NCBI GenBank assembly: GCA_030141605.1
Contig: JAQGDQ010000056.1
Span: 248,001 to 312,000, forward strand
DNA: 64,000 nt
Reading direction: 5' to 3'
Origin: Tubiluchus corallicola
Lineage: Eukaryota; Animalia; Priapulida
Every line of letters starts with the position of its first letter. Position 1 is the first letter of the stretch. Of this stretch, positions 33,941 through 44,400 are shown one piece after another. The notes beneath the pieces were generated by a model, which was given only the letters and a program-made list of their open reading frames with translations, did no database searches and had not been told where the DNA came from. The translations under genes and the position numbers were made by a program.

Positions 33941-34189
33941 ATTTATTAAGACGTTTACGTGAATTACAATTTTTGCCAATAGGTGACACCACATAGACAG
34001 TCTCCTTCCAGGCTTCCACGCGTGGGAAAAACGTGAGTAGTTAACTCTTATGTGAAAAACATAAAAAGCTAGTTCTGCTTTTGCTTGGTCGTAGTACGAC
34101 GTGATTTTAGTTGCATTCAATAATTCACTTTCGCACGTTTACCTGGATAGTAAAATTTTTAGGTTAGAAGATCTGTTGTATTACTGCAC

Positions 34190-34986
34190 CTCTATATATG
34201 TATAAAACAAGTTATTTCCAAACGGTTTCAATAATCCAGCTAAACCTAATTACAAAACGATATAACACTAGGTACAACGAATACACTATTAAATTTTCAA
34301 GAACGAATGTTGGTAAACACTATATTTCCACTGATGGCCCTATAACTTGGAATAAATTACCTGAAAACCTTTTGTGTCAATTCATAAACTAAAAGTAAAA
34401 AAATCTTAATTCACACATTTGCCACATATTCCGAATGATCACTTTGAATGTGTGGATGTATAATGTATATTCCAACATTACTTTGCAGCATGTACATGCA
34501 AATACTCACAACTGTCATTTCAACCCTATAAAAATATATAATATAATGGTAATCAATTGTGCCTCTTTTTATTTTATTCTTATTTTGGCTATATTTATGC
34601 TTTGGAAATATTATCACGACTTTATTGTCGTCATAACATCATCGTTCTAACATGTGTCATTCATGTATTCCTCGTCAACATGCTGAATTTCTATCTTTTG
34701 CACCTTGTCCTCACTCTACAAAAAAGTGTGTGTGTGTGAGCGAGTGAGAATGAGAGAGATCATTTAATGCACTTCTGTTTTGTTTCTTAAATTTACCATT
34801 AATCTGGGCAGCACCAACACAAGATTTTCTTCCTGGTGTTGTCCAGAGGCATACCAGTAGTGTCAATAAAAATTATATATTAATGTTTTTTCCTTTGTAA
34901 AATTTGTATTAATGTAATGCTTTTTGTAAAAATTGTCATCATATGCTCATGGTAAATCTAGCAATAAATTCTAATTCTAAATTCTA
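34190..34986 (+). mobile_element. 3' remnant of a CR1/L2-group LINE
   Basis: YNTR...SRTNVGKHYISTDGPITWNKLP matches the C-terminal motif of CR1-group ORF2; 3' stem-loop CTGGGCAGCACCA...TGGTGTTGTCCAG; AATAAA plus TTCTAA-repeat tail at ~34963-34986. Confidence 0.75.
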
Positions 34987-35039
34987 GTTTTATTAGTAAC
35001 AGGTAATCTCGTTAAATATTTGCTTATAAACAGCTTATA

Positions 35040-35795
35040 TGCCGGTGTCATTTGTGTCAACGCTGGTCGTTCAAGATACGGACGTTGAACGGTCAGCAGA
35101 TGTGCAGATTTTCACCTTTGCATCACCTTATGCGTATGACTGTCGTACTTGCAGGGCGGCGCCTGATGTGCTACCATTAGGTGAAGATCCATAACGTCTC
35201 CTGGGCAGCCCCTGGTCGCCCCCAGTCTACCCTGCCTGATGTCTTACAACATACCACTAAGGATCGTCACGTTTTTGTAAAGGGCCAGGAGTTGCATTGT
35301 TTCATCAGCGATCATGTTGATGCGACGGTCACAGATGTAGACATGGTATGGCAGTCACCGCCCTGCCGGGTGCCGTTTGGCAATTACTATGCACTGCGAT
35401 TGGCTAAGGCTATTGTTTCTCTGCTTGTCGACTTCATCCACATCCTCTACTCTACCCACCTCATCCATACCATGTCCCATCATATTACATGCACATCACA
35501 CAGTGGCAAGCCAAACAGTTATCACCATTCTACGTCAGGCACACCATCGCTCACCCCAAAGAAATTGTTTTATGGTACTACCACCTTCTGTGGCTCAGAT
35601 CAATTAAGTTAACAGTGACAAAAGTACTTCATACTTTCTTGCATAAGGATGACGGAGTGTAAGAGCACTATGGCTTCAATTGTGCCAACACTCCCCTCTC
35701 TCACTTTAGTTACATCCTACTTGTGACCTAGGCATTACTACTTAACTGTTAGCCTCTGCCCAATCTGGGCTTCCCTGTTGTGAGCAAGCTGTAAC
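35040..35795 (+). mobile_element. Unclassified dispersed element, copy A (unknown ORF remnant plus structured 3' module)
   Basis: Relatively GC-rich island; translation SWAAPGRP...WQSPPCRVPFGNYYALRLAKAIVSLL and nucleotide block 35575-35795 both have homologues in 57110-57255 and 58214-58422. Confidence 0.65.
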
Positions 35796-36114
35796 ATTTT
35801 TAGTGACTTTACATTACACACATAATCAACATTATTTTCCTCATAATACAAAAATTTTGAATGTATTATTGTAGCATTAATTTTGCTAATGAATCACTTA
35901 TATTCATATAATTTGTCCCCTCCCCCCCATACCCTATCTTTAATGGTTATGATGGCTACATTATTACATTTATTACAAATGAGTTACATTTAAATATACA
36001 ATTATAGTTATTACTACATGTATAAATACAATTTATATACACATTTGCATGAGTGTATGTATGTATGTATAGATAATATATTATGTATGTATATGTATAT
36101 AAATATATATGGAC

Positions 36115-36470
36115 GATGGACTAAGGTTGCTTAGATCTCACTGAATCATCTGACAGTCATGCATTGCAGCAGCTTTGCAGTACTTCCTATTATGCCAGGA
36201 ATATCATTCACGTACAAGAGAAATGTAAGCGGTCAAATTATAGAACCTTGCAGAACATCCAAGATGAACAATTCCTATGAAGAGACTAACTGTTGCAAAT
36301 TTACCGTTGAGATAATTTTCACCAATGATTATTGTCAAAGTACTGACTAATTGCAATTGAGTTTCATGTAATCACCTTATAATTTTTTTGTATGATTATT
36401 ATGCTTGGCAATTAAGATTCTACTATAAAGCAGAATCTTCTAGATTTACAACTGGTTTTTATCGTTTTAT
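36115..36470 (-). mobile_element. Degenerate CR1-like reverse transcriptase fragment
   Basis: Minus-strand DVLQGSII*PLTFLLYVNDIP resembles the RT motif GVPQGSxLGPLLFLxYxNDLP; stops and frameshifts present. Confidence 0.65.
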
Positions 36471-37503
36471 TTATATTCTTTATTTCTTGTACTTTTTTGT
36501 TCTTAATAACTTGTGCATACAATGTGCACACACCCACATACACAAGGGTATGTTCCCCAGGATCAAAGGTCATGGGATGGACAGACTTCTACAGTTAAAT
36601 AAGCTAGCACCATAGTTTTTGGCATGAAGTTATGAGGGTGGAGACCTTGTGCATAGTTGAATATGGGCCATGAAAAATATGAGAAAATTTCCCGACACGG
36701 GCAATTAGGGGGAGGGAGGGGTCAGGGCACCAATTGTTCCAGTGTCAAGTAACAGTGGCTTAAATTATATTAAGCAAAAAGTCAGGATGAGGCAAACTGA
36801 ATTGTGCCCAGATTGAATGACCCCTGACCCACCACAGTGTCGAGTAACAGTGTCTTGTACGATATCAAATGAAAGATTTTGAGGTGATGAATTGAACGGT
36901 GTGAGTTACACCTAGAAAGGTTGATCTTGACTCCAGTAGGCGGCAAAACCAAAATTAGGAGTACAGAAGGCAAATACTTTCAGGGTCGAGCAACAGTAGC
37001 TCAAATAAAACGTATTGGTGAGACGAATTGAATGGCATGAGTTGTCTCCATTGGTTGACTCCTATGCTCGAGGTCAAGGGTCAAAACTGTTCTGATTTTA
37101 GTATCTTGTAATATATCAAATCGAAGTCCTAGATGAGGCAAATCGAATCGTTTATGCCGATTTAAGACTTGTTGACCTTGACCCATGGGTTAAAATGTTA
37201 GAAGCCCCGGTTTCACTGAAACCCTTTTCTAGGTTAATAACCATGGTGGATTCAATGGAGACAATATCAGAATCTTCAAATATTCGAACTACGCGATTTC
37301 ATTGAAACTATTAACTTAAGCACAACAGTGCTTACATAAAATTTATATTATTAATTATTTCGAAAAGTATTTTATTTGTACAAAACAAAATCTGTCACTT
37401 AAAGCATCTCCTGTCACAGAAGCATAACCTTGCCCCAATTTTTGACACAGTGAAAAGCCTCAACTGGTTTTTTACTGCTTTACTAATTTATTATACTCTG
37501 CAC

Positions 37504-37596
37504 TGCAAATGTATAATTTTTAAATACGTAATTTAGATTTTTTCATGATTGCAAATGTATAATTTTTTAAATACGTAATTTAGATTTTTTCATGAT
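37504..37596. repeat. Two-copy tandem duplication (~46 bp)
   Basis: tgcaaatgtataatttttaaatacgtaatttagattttttcatgat x2 (one extra T in copy 2). Confidence 0.85.
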
Positions 37597-37851
37597 TTTT
37601 TTGCTTGCATTTTGTGCTTATCTCTTAAGTTTTCACACCTCTTAATTTTCTTTTTAGATCGAAATTGATTGTAATCATATAAGTCATTGTTTTTGTGTAG
37701 ATAATACATGCACGTCGTTTTATTTTCATAAGATATGATAACATAAGATACACGACATTCAAACATTCTTATAAATTAGTAATTTTAATGTAAATATTTT
37801 GTTATATTTAGGAGAATTAATGCAATCAATATTACTAAATGGACAACCTCT

Positions 37852-38559
37852 ATGAACAAGCCTACACATTACCCAGATCTGAGAAACACATTTGTACGTG
37901 AATTAGAACTAAATGACTCGACTGTGCTGAACATACATCAACTAGAAGAAGGTGACACAGGTTGTGTAGTTTGGGATGCAGCACTTGTGCTGACCAAGTA
38001 CTTGGAAAAGTCGCATGCGCAGTTGTTGCTTGGAAAGAGAATTTTGGAATTAGGATCTGGAACTGGTATTGTAGGGCTGTATGGCAGCTGTAATCCTGAC
38101 ACACAAGTTATCATAACAGACTTACCCCAGCTGGTGCCTCTCATGGAGTTGAACATTGAGAAAAATAAGCATAATTTACAAGGTAATATTATGGCGAAGT
38201 CTTTAATATGGGGTGAAGATGTATCACATTTCAAACCACCAGTAGATGTCATCCTAGTCGCTGATTGTGTGTACTATCAGGAATCAATTAATCCATTAAT
38301 ACAAACAATTAATGATCTTTCAGACACAAATACAATTGTGTTCTGTGCTTATGAAGACAGGGAAATTGGAGATAAGTCACAAATGCAAAATTACTTCAGG
38401 ACGCAACTAGAAAAAACCTTCACCATATGTGAAATTCCATCAGCCAAGTTTCACGCCAACCACGAGATTACTCTGGACATGTTTTGTAAATGTGGATTGG
38501 TCTGCACAATGTATGCTGCAAGTTGTAGCTTAGTACATATGATATACATTTTCACCTAG
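37852..38559 (+). CDS. VCPKMT: Protein-lysine methyltransferase METTL21D/VCPKMT (methyltransferase family 16), single coding exon; C-terminus uncertain
   Basis: FVRELE...GDTGCVVWDAALVLTKYLE, SAM motif I ILELGSGTGIVG, ITDL, L.WG, DVILVADCVYY, AYEDR; splice acceptor at 37810-37811 upstream of the ATG. Confidence 0.88.
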   Translation: MNKPTHYPDLRNTFVRELELNDSTVLNIHQLEEGDTGCVVWDAALVLTKYLEKSHAQLLLGKRILELGSGTGIVGLYGSCNPDTQVIITDLPQLVPLMELNIEKNKHNLQGNIMAKSLIWGEDVSHFKPPVDVILVADCVYYQESINPLIQTINDLSDTNTIVFCAYEDREIGDKSQMQNYFRTQLEKTFTICEIPSAKFHANHEITLDMFCKCGLVCTMYAASCSLVHMIYIFT

Positions 38560-38973
38560 TGCAAGGGTGTGTTTAATTGTTGAAGCACGCACTTGGATAT
38601 GTCGCAGAGGCAGTACTTCTCTATCAAAAGCAAAAAATAGGCGGAAAATAAAATATTTCAGGATGACTAGACCAAGAAGTCTTAGCCCATTTTACCAACA
38701 GGCTTTGTTAAAACTGCATGTTTTGCTAATGTAAAGCTATGTTCCGCTTTAAGATTGCATCTAGCCTTGGCTATGTATACTCCTGCATTTAAAAGCATTG
38801 TGGAAGACAACAAAATTAATTATTTCCATTGAAATTTGTGTATTCTTATTTTCTCCAAAATGGTAGTTAGTCTACATTTTAGAGATCTTATAATAATATA
38901 TTTCAACATTGTGTTCACTAGACAACATTTAATTGACTTAATAGTTATACTGAATGTAATTCAAAAAGTGATA

Positions 38974-39805
38974 CAGTCAAACCTCGCTATAATGGACCCT
39001 CGGTTTAATGGACCCCTCGATATAATGGACGTTTTCTCCGTTCCCGTTTTTCAGCTATCGTTTTTCTTTGTTTTTATCCCCTCGGTATAATGGACTTTTC
39101 GCTATAATGGACTTATTTTCTGCTCTCCAGTGCATTGTCTCCTCCGCTATAATGGACCCATGTATAATGGATCCACATGTGATTGCAGTTTATGCTGGTA
39201 CACTGTAGGTGCTGCGTTGGTCGTTTCGGAGCGTAGACTTCTGAGAATCAATTTTCCGGGAATATCCAGGTCAGCTTCAGCTTTCCGGGAAGGTTCATCA
39301 CGGCAAGTTGGCCCATTTGGCACTTTTTGGGAATAAAAATTTGGCACCTGAATAAGATTGCTTTGGCACTTGGAGAAATGGCATTGAAACAAAAATTATT
39401 TCTGGCAACCACGTGCAGCACCTCAGATATGTGCGAGACTTCTGTCTAAATAAAGGAATTGACGGACTCGATCTGATCACTGAGCGAGAACAGAACATTA
39501 CCACGAAGATTGCGAGTGATGCTGGTGCGAAAAAACAGGCAAAAATCAGATTTTTTTGGACAGTAGCTGACTAATTCATCTAACAAAATTATAGATTCAG
39601 CCTTGTATCAAATATGGCATTTGAATAAAACCGTTTGACGTTCGATTATAAACATTATTTCATTTTACTGTTGATTTCTATGATCCTATTGTATCTATTG
39701 TAGGGTAGTCTGGCTTCAGATATGGTACCCCTCGGTATAGTGGACTCTCGTTATAATGGACTTTTTGAGCGCTCCTTTAAAGTCCATTATAGCGAGGTTT
39801 GACTG
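38974..39805 (+). mobile_element. Non-autonomous pogo/Tigger (Tc1/mariner superfamily) element, 832 bp
   Basis: Perfect 24-bp TIRs CAGTCAAACCTCGCTATAATGGAC, TA TSD on both sides, repeated TATAATGGAC subterminal motifs, eroded transposase C-terminus (KKQAKI..FF) near 39530-39560. Confidence 0.93.
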
Positions 39806-39938
39806 TAGCTGATAAAGGGCACACTACGCAACATTGAAAGAGATAATGTTGGTGTAAGCCAAGACATTGTGGAACAGAATTTTTAGAATACTTTAAAAAA
39901 TGCAAAAGTTCAAAAAATGTCCCCAAAAATCTTTAAAA

Positions 39939-40240
39939 CAGTGGCGTAGCAAGTTACTGTGGCGCCTGGGGGGCGAGCGGGGGCCACCCAACCCTTCTAA
40001 TGTTTTGATCATTTGTTTCATAGGTGAAGCAATAAATTGTGCTCATTTTTAGGGTGTATTTGGTAATTGAGTCAGCTACGATGGTCTCTGACTAGGCAGT
40101 TTTCTTGTAGTGTGAAAACTTTTATTAACTGGTTTGTTAATGTCGGATTAGTAATAAATAATTTACAGTCTTTGAACTCTAGAAGAATTTTGTGCCCGGA
40201 GGCAATTCCTCCCTGTCGCCCCCATGTTGCTATGACTCTG
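39939..40240. mobile_element. hAT-family MITE (302 bp)
   Basis: Imperfect TIRs CAGTGGCGTAGCAA / TTGCTATGACTCTG; perfect 8-bp TSD CTTTAAAA (39931-39938, 40241-40248). Confidence 0.85.
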
Positions 40241-41495
40241 CTTTAAAATCAGGAGGAAATACACGTGTGAACTGTCAGTCTGCCCCGGTGTTGTATTGTT
40301 TGCCCGTATTGTTTGTACTATCATCCTGCCCCGGACATTTTACCTGTTTGTTTGCCCATATCGGCAACTAAGGGGAGAAAAGTTTATTGGTCAAGCAAAA
40401 ACACGTGATTTAAATCATAAATGAATAAATTTTGAGTTTGTAAGATGAATCAAAATGCTTCAAAACTTATAAAATAGTGCTGCCTAATCAATTAGAAGCC
40501 CATTTATCATTTACCAATTTCACTTTCCTGGTGTTCAAACTCCTGGTGTATTTCTGCTCGTTTTATCGGATTTTAACAAAATCAGCAAGTCCATAATATA
40601 AACAATACAACACTGAATAGCCATTACTTATCAAGTACAGTCCATCTTGCATGTGCATAAGAGGCCATTAATGTGTAGTTTATGTAAAACTAAAAACCGA
40701 GATTGCATTATTATGTCTATAAAATCTTTTGCATCGCATTGTGTATAAGAGATTACGTAGTGCTATAATATCGTAAAAGACATGCACAGCATGATAAAGT
40801 AATTGAAAGTCAAAAAATTGTCAATTTCAGCATATCTTAAATGTCAAAAAAGTGAAGAAATTTGCATTTGTCGACATTATTAATGCAGAGACATCATCGA
40901 CAACATCTTATACAATGCAACTTTCTCCAATATAATAATGACATTGGACTATTACAAATTAAAGTCTTTCAAGACCCTTAAAATGAAAAAAAGCATTGTT
41001 GCCTGGGGAACAGCACTCCCCCAGGAACCTAGCTGAACTTTTTTTGGTTCACGCATGGTGCTAAACCACCTTGAGCTATAGCCTTGCCTTATAGTGAGAC
41101 TATTAACGATTAATACATTTCACATAGTTATTAACTTACTATGCAAACTTGTGAATGCTCTTGAGCTTTGAAGCCTAAATAACAGGATTTCCGAAATATA
41201 AATGATGGGAATTCAACTTAGATTTAGTTACGTGTGATAACATTCATTGCAAAATTTGGTGCAAAAACAATAATGAACAATAGGTTTCAAAAAAGAAGTT
41301 TTTACCAACTACATTTAATTTTTCATTTTTTAGACATTATTTACAAAAAATGGTTGTTTACGTTACACTTGAGGTACATAGAGGCAAAATTCCACATGGT
41401 GTTGCGAAAAGAACCCGTCCTAACCAAAGAAACAGATTGTTATTCGGGTTTCTTTGATCGTAGTAGTAGTCCAAAGCTTGTTAAATGCATGCAAC

Positions 41496-44400
41496 CTACT
41501 TTTCCGGTGGTATACTGCTTTGACTCGACTGTGAAGATGACAAATTACTAGAGTTATCACAAAGTTGCTTGTGTAAACCTGCGATATCAGAATGTATCTA
41601 CAAAAAAAAATACAACATGATTTCCAATTTGAAGCTTGGGTCTGTAAGACTGGTTATAATGTCAAGTCCAGTAATGGTAATACAAGTACTCATCGACTTA
41701 TGACCACACGCGTTTCTGGCTGACTTGTTGTAAGAATATTTGGATGCAAGTTGGACCCGATTAGTAATATAGTTGTAAATATCAAAGTTTATGACAAAAT
41801 CCAAAATTTTTAGTAAAAGTATTGCTTTTGAACATACGCTGGTGTGTGGAACTCAAGTATACTTGCTTGCAAGTATTCAGGTAATCAACCAAATTTACAA
41901 ACCACATTAGCCAAATCAATCCATTTCAAAGCTCGAATTACGGAATCATCTTCTGATGTCTCTCTGTCTAAATTCCAGTACTTAAACGACTGAAAAGTGT
42001 TAATAATTTGTAGGTGTTGAGAGTCTGCAAACTCCTCAGAATTATCTTCATCTTTAGTGGTTACTTCTTTTGCAATGACACCTGCAAAGTTGAAAAATGT
42101 TAGCAGGCATTCAATAATAATTACATGTGCAAGTTCAAGGTCAAGTGCACTTTATCTGGTTTAAATCCACAAATGAATCACACAAATCATATAAAGTAGT
42201 GAAATGTAGAATTACGTAATTTAATCAAATACTTTCAAAGTAGTGTCTGCAGTAGCTTACACAGTTACAACTAAGTGTGTATAAAGAAGTAAAGTTAAAA
42301 ATTTGTTACTATGGATGTGATAAAATGTTATACAAACATGATAACTTTGAGAATTATAAATAACATTAAAAACACAATGTTATGATCTCAAAAATATATT
42401 TTTGAAAATGGTAAAAAATTGTAAATCTTGAAGGAAATGTCATTTGCCTGTACTCTGGATAAAATACCTTGTAACATAGCAATACTAAAATTAATATCTT
42501 TTCTGTCAGAAACTGAGATTACACGTACTTTGTTAGCACATTTGCAACGGTATCATCATTCATCAGTGACAAGCTAATTTGACAATTGCTGATTTTAACT
42601 CCAGATGTAATCTGTTCTGCATGTTTGTTCTGATTATCACGTTTGCTTGCACACAGCTTTTAGTGTTGTTATGTTATGATAAATATACTTTTCTACAAAG
42701 TAATGGTTTTGCATATTTTTCTTCATACATGAATACTGGTATATGAGCAAGTGATGTATGACAACTATAACCAAGCCAAGACTGCACCAAAGCAAGTAGT
42801 TTGCAAAACCTTTATCTTGTAAAACTTTGCAAAGGCACAAAAGGAGATTTTGAGGATTTTTTTACTTTAAAAACACATTAGTATATGATGACGCACCTGT
42901 GTATCCTTCCGGTACAGAAATTTCTGCACCACACAATGGACGCCCACGGAATGATGCTGTAAGTCCTAAAATAAAAAGAAATAACAATACTTCATTATTA
43001 AAAGTTATTGAACTAATGTAAATACATGTAGAAAGCTAGCTAGGGTTCTTTGGTGACAATTAAAAGAAGCACAAGAAATGAAGTTAATTGCAATCTGATA
43101 TTTTTATAAGATCAACATTCTCCATATGATAAGATTTTCTCCATGTGAGAAATTTCACATTGTGGCTTTGTGACAACAACAAATTGTGTCACGTAAATCT
43201 TTTCAAACATATCTTAAGCAGAACATCCATCATTCATGAACTGTTCTTTGATTTAGCAACTCCTCAATCTTACAGTTCTACATTCTGCAACACCTGCCAG
43301 GAAATGACAACGAATGTTATTCCAACGCATCTCACAAAATTAACGAGCTTGAAAAGCAGACTGGTTCACGCCTGCTATAATTTCCTATTATTGCAGCAAT
43401 ACCTGGCCGAATCCCACCAGTATCCCCTGTATTCTCTCTGTATACCACCTAAATGTGTCTGACCTGTATTGCAGTTGCAACACCAGTCCTTCAAGCAAAC
43501 TTCTAGATTATATTTGCTGTGCACTTTTCTTGAGTTAATCATAACTCCTATATTATATGCTCGTGCACTCTATGACATGCATCACAAATTTGTTGCCAAA
43601 TGCCTCTTTTTCTGATTCAGTTTTTCAAGGTTATCCCGAGCTAGTGCTAAGTGAGACTCTTTCAAGGCACCAGGTGGTACCATCAAATTTAACTTCAAAA
43701 CTTAATAACTTCTAAGCTGGCCATATAGCTTAGTTACAGCTATCTACGCCATTAAAAAATTTTATCCACAAATATTATGAGATACATTACTTTTCTTCCA
43801 TTATATTTCATTTTATTGTCATTTACTTGAACTGGTTTACAGATACTCATATGTTGATGGTCTGTATATAATGGGAGATGTGAACTCTCGTATTGGCGAA
43901 GAAATTGACTATATTGTTGATGTTGATTATGATTTGCCATACCTAAATGTGCTTGATGGTACAAAAAATCCACATGGTGACCTTCTACTAGAATTTCTTA
44001 AAGATGGTAAGCTTTGTGTTGTAAATGGACGAGTGGAGCCTGAGTATGATAACTTTACCTTTGTAGACCCAGGTCGTGGTAGCTCAGTTGTGGATTATCT
44101 TATTGTACCCCATAATAATATTGAGAATGTAAAAAGGTTCAGAGTACACCTAGCTCGTACACTGTGTACAGATGTTAATATGATGGGTTCTAAGTTCCCT
44201 GATCATTCACTTATAGAAATGACAACTGTACCTAATTATTCTACGGAGGAGTATAATGACAATAATGATACACATTCAGTAGGTGATGATGATTTGTATG
44301 ACAATGTGCCAGTTGATGATAAATATTACAGAAGATATTGTATGACTGATATTTCTGACCAAATGTTCTCATCTGACATGTCTAAACAAGCATTGGCTAA

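Noticed and set aside
36620-37300. Possible DNA transposon relic with repeated atatcaaat..gatgaggcaaa motifs
   Set aside because: No termini or TSD could be defined.
43100-43750. Possible degraded TE coding fragment in RNASEH2C intron 1 (LARDNLEKLNQKKRH on the minus strand)
   Set aside because: Only a vague resemblance to Gypsy integrase C-termini, with no diagnostic motif.
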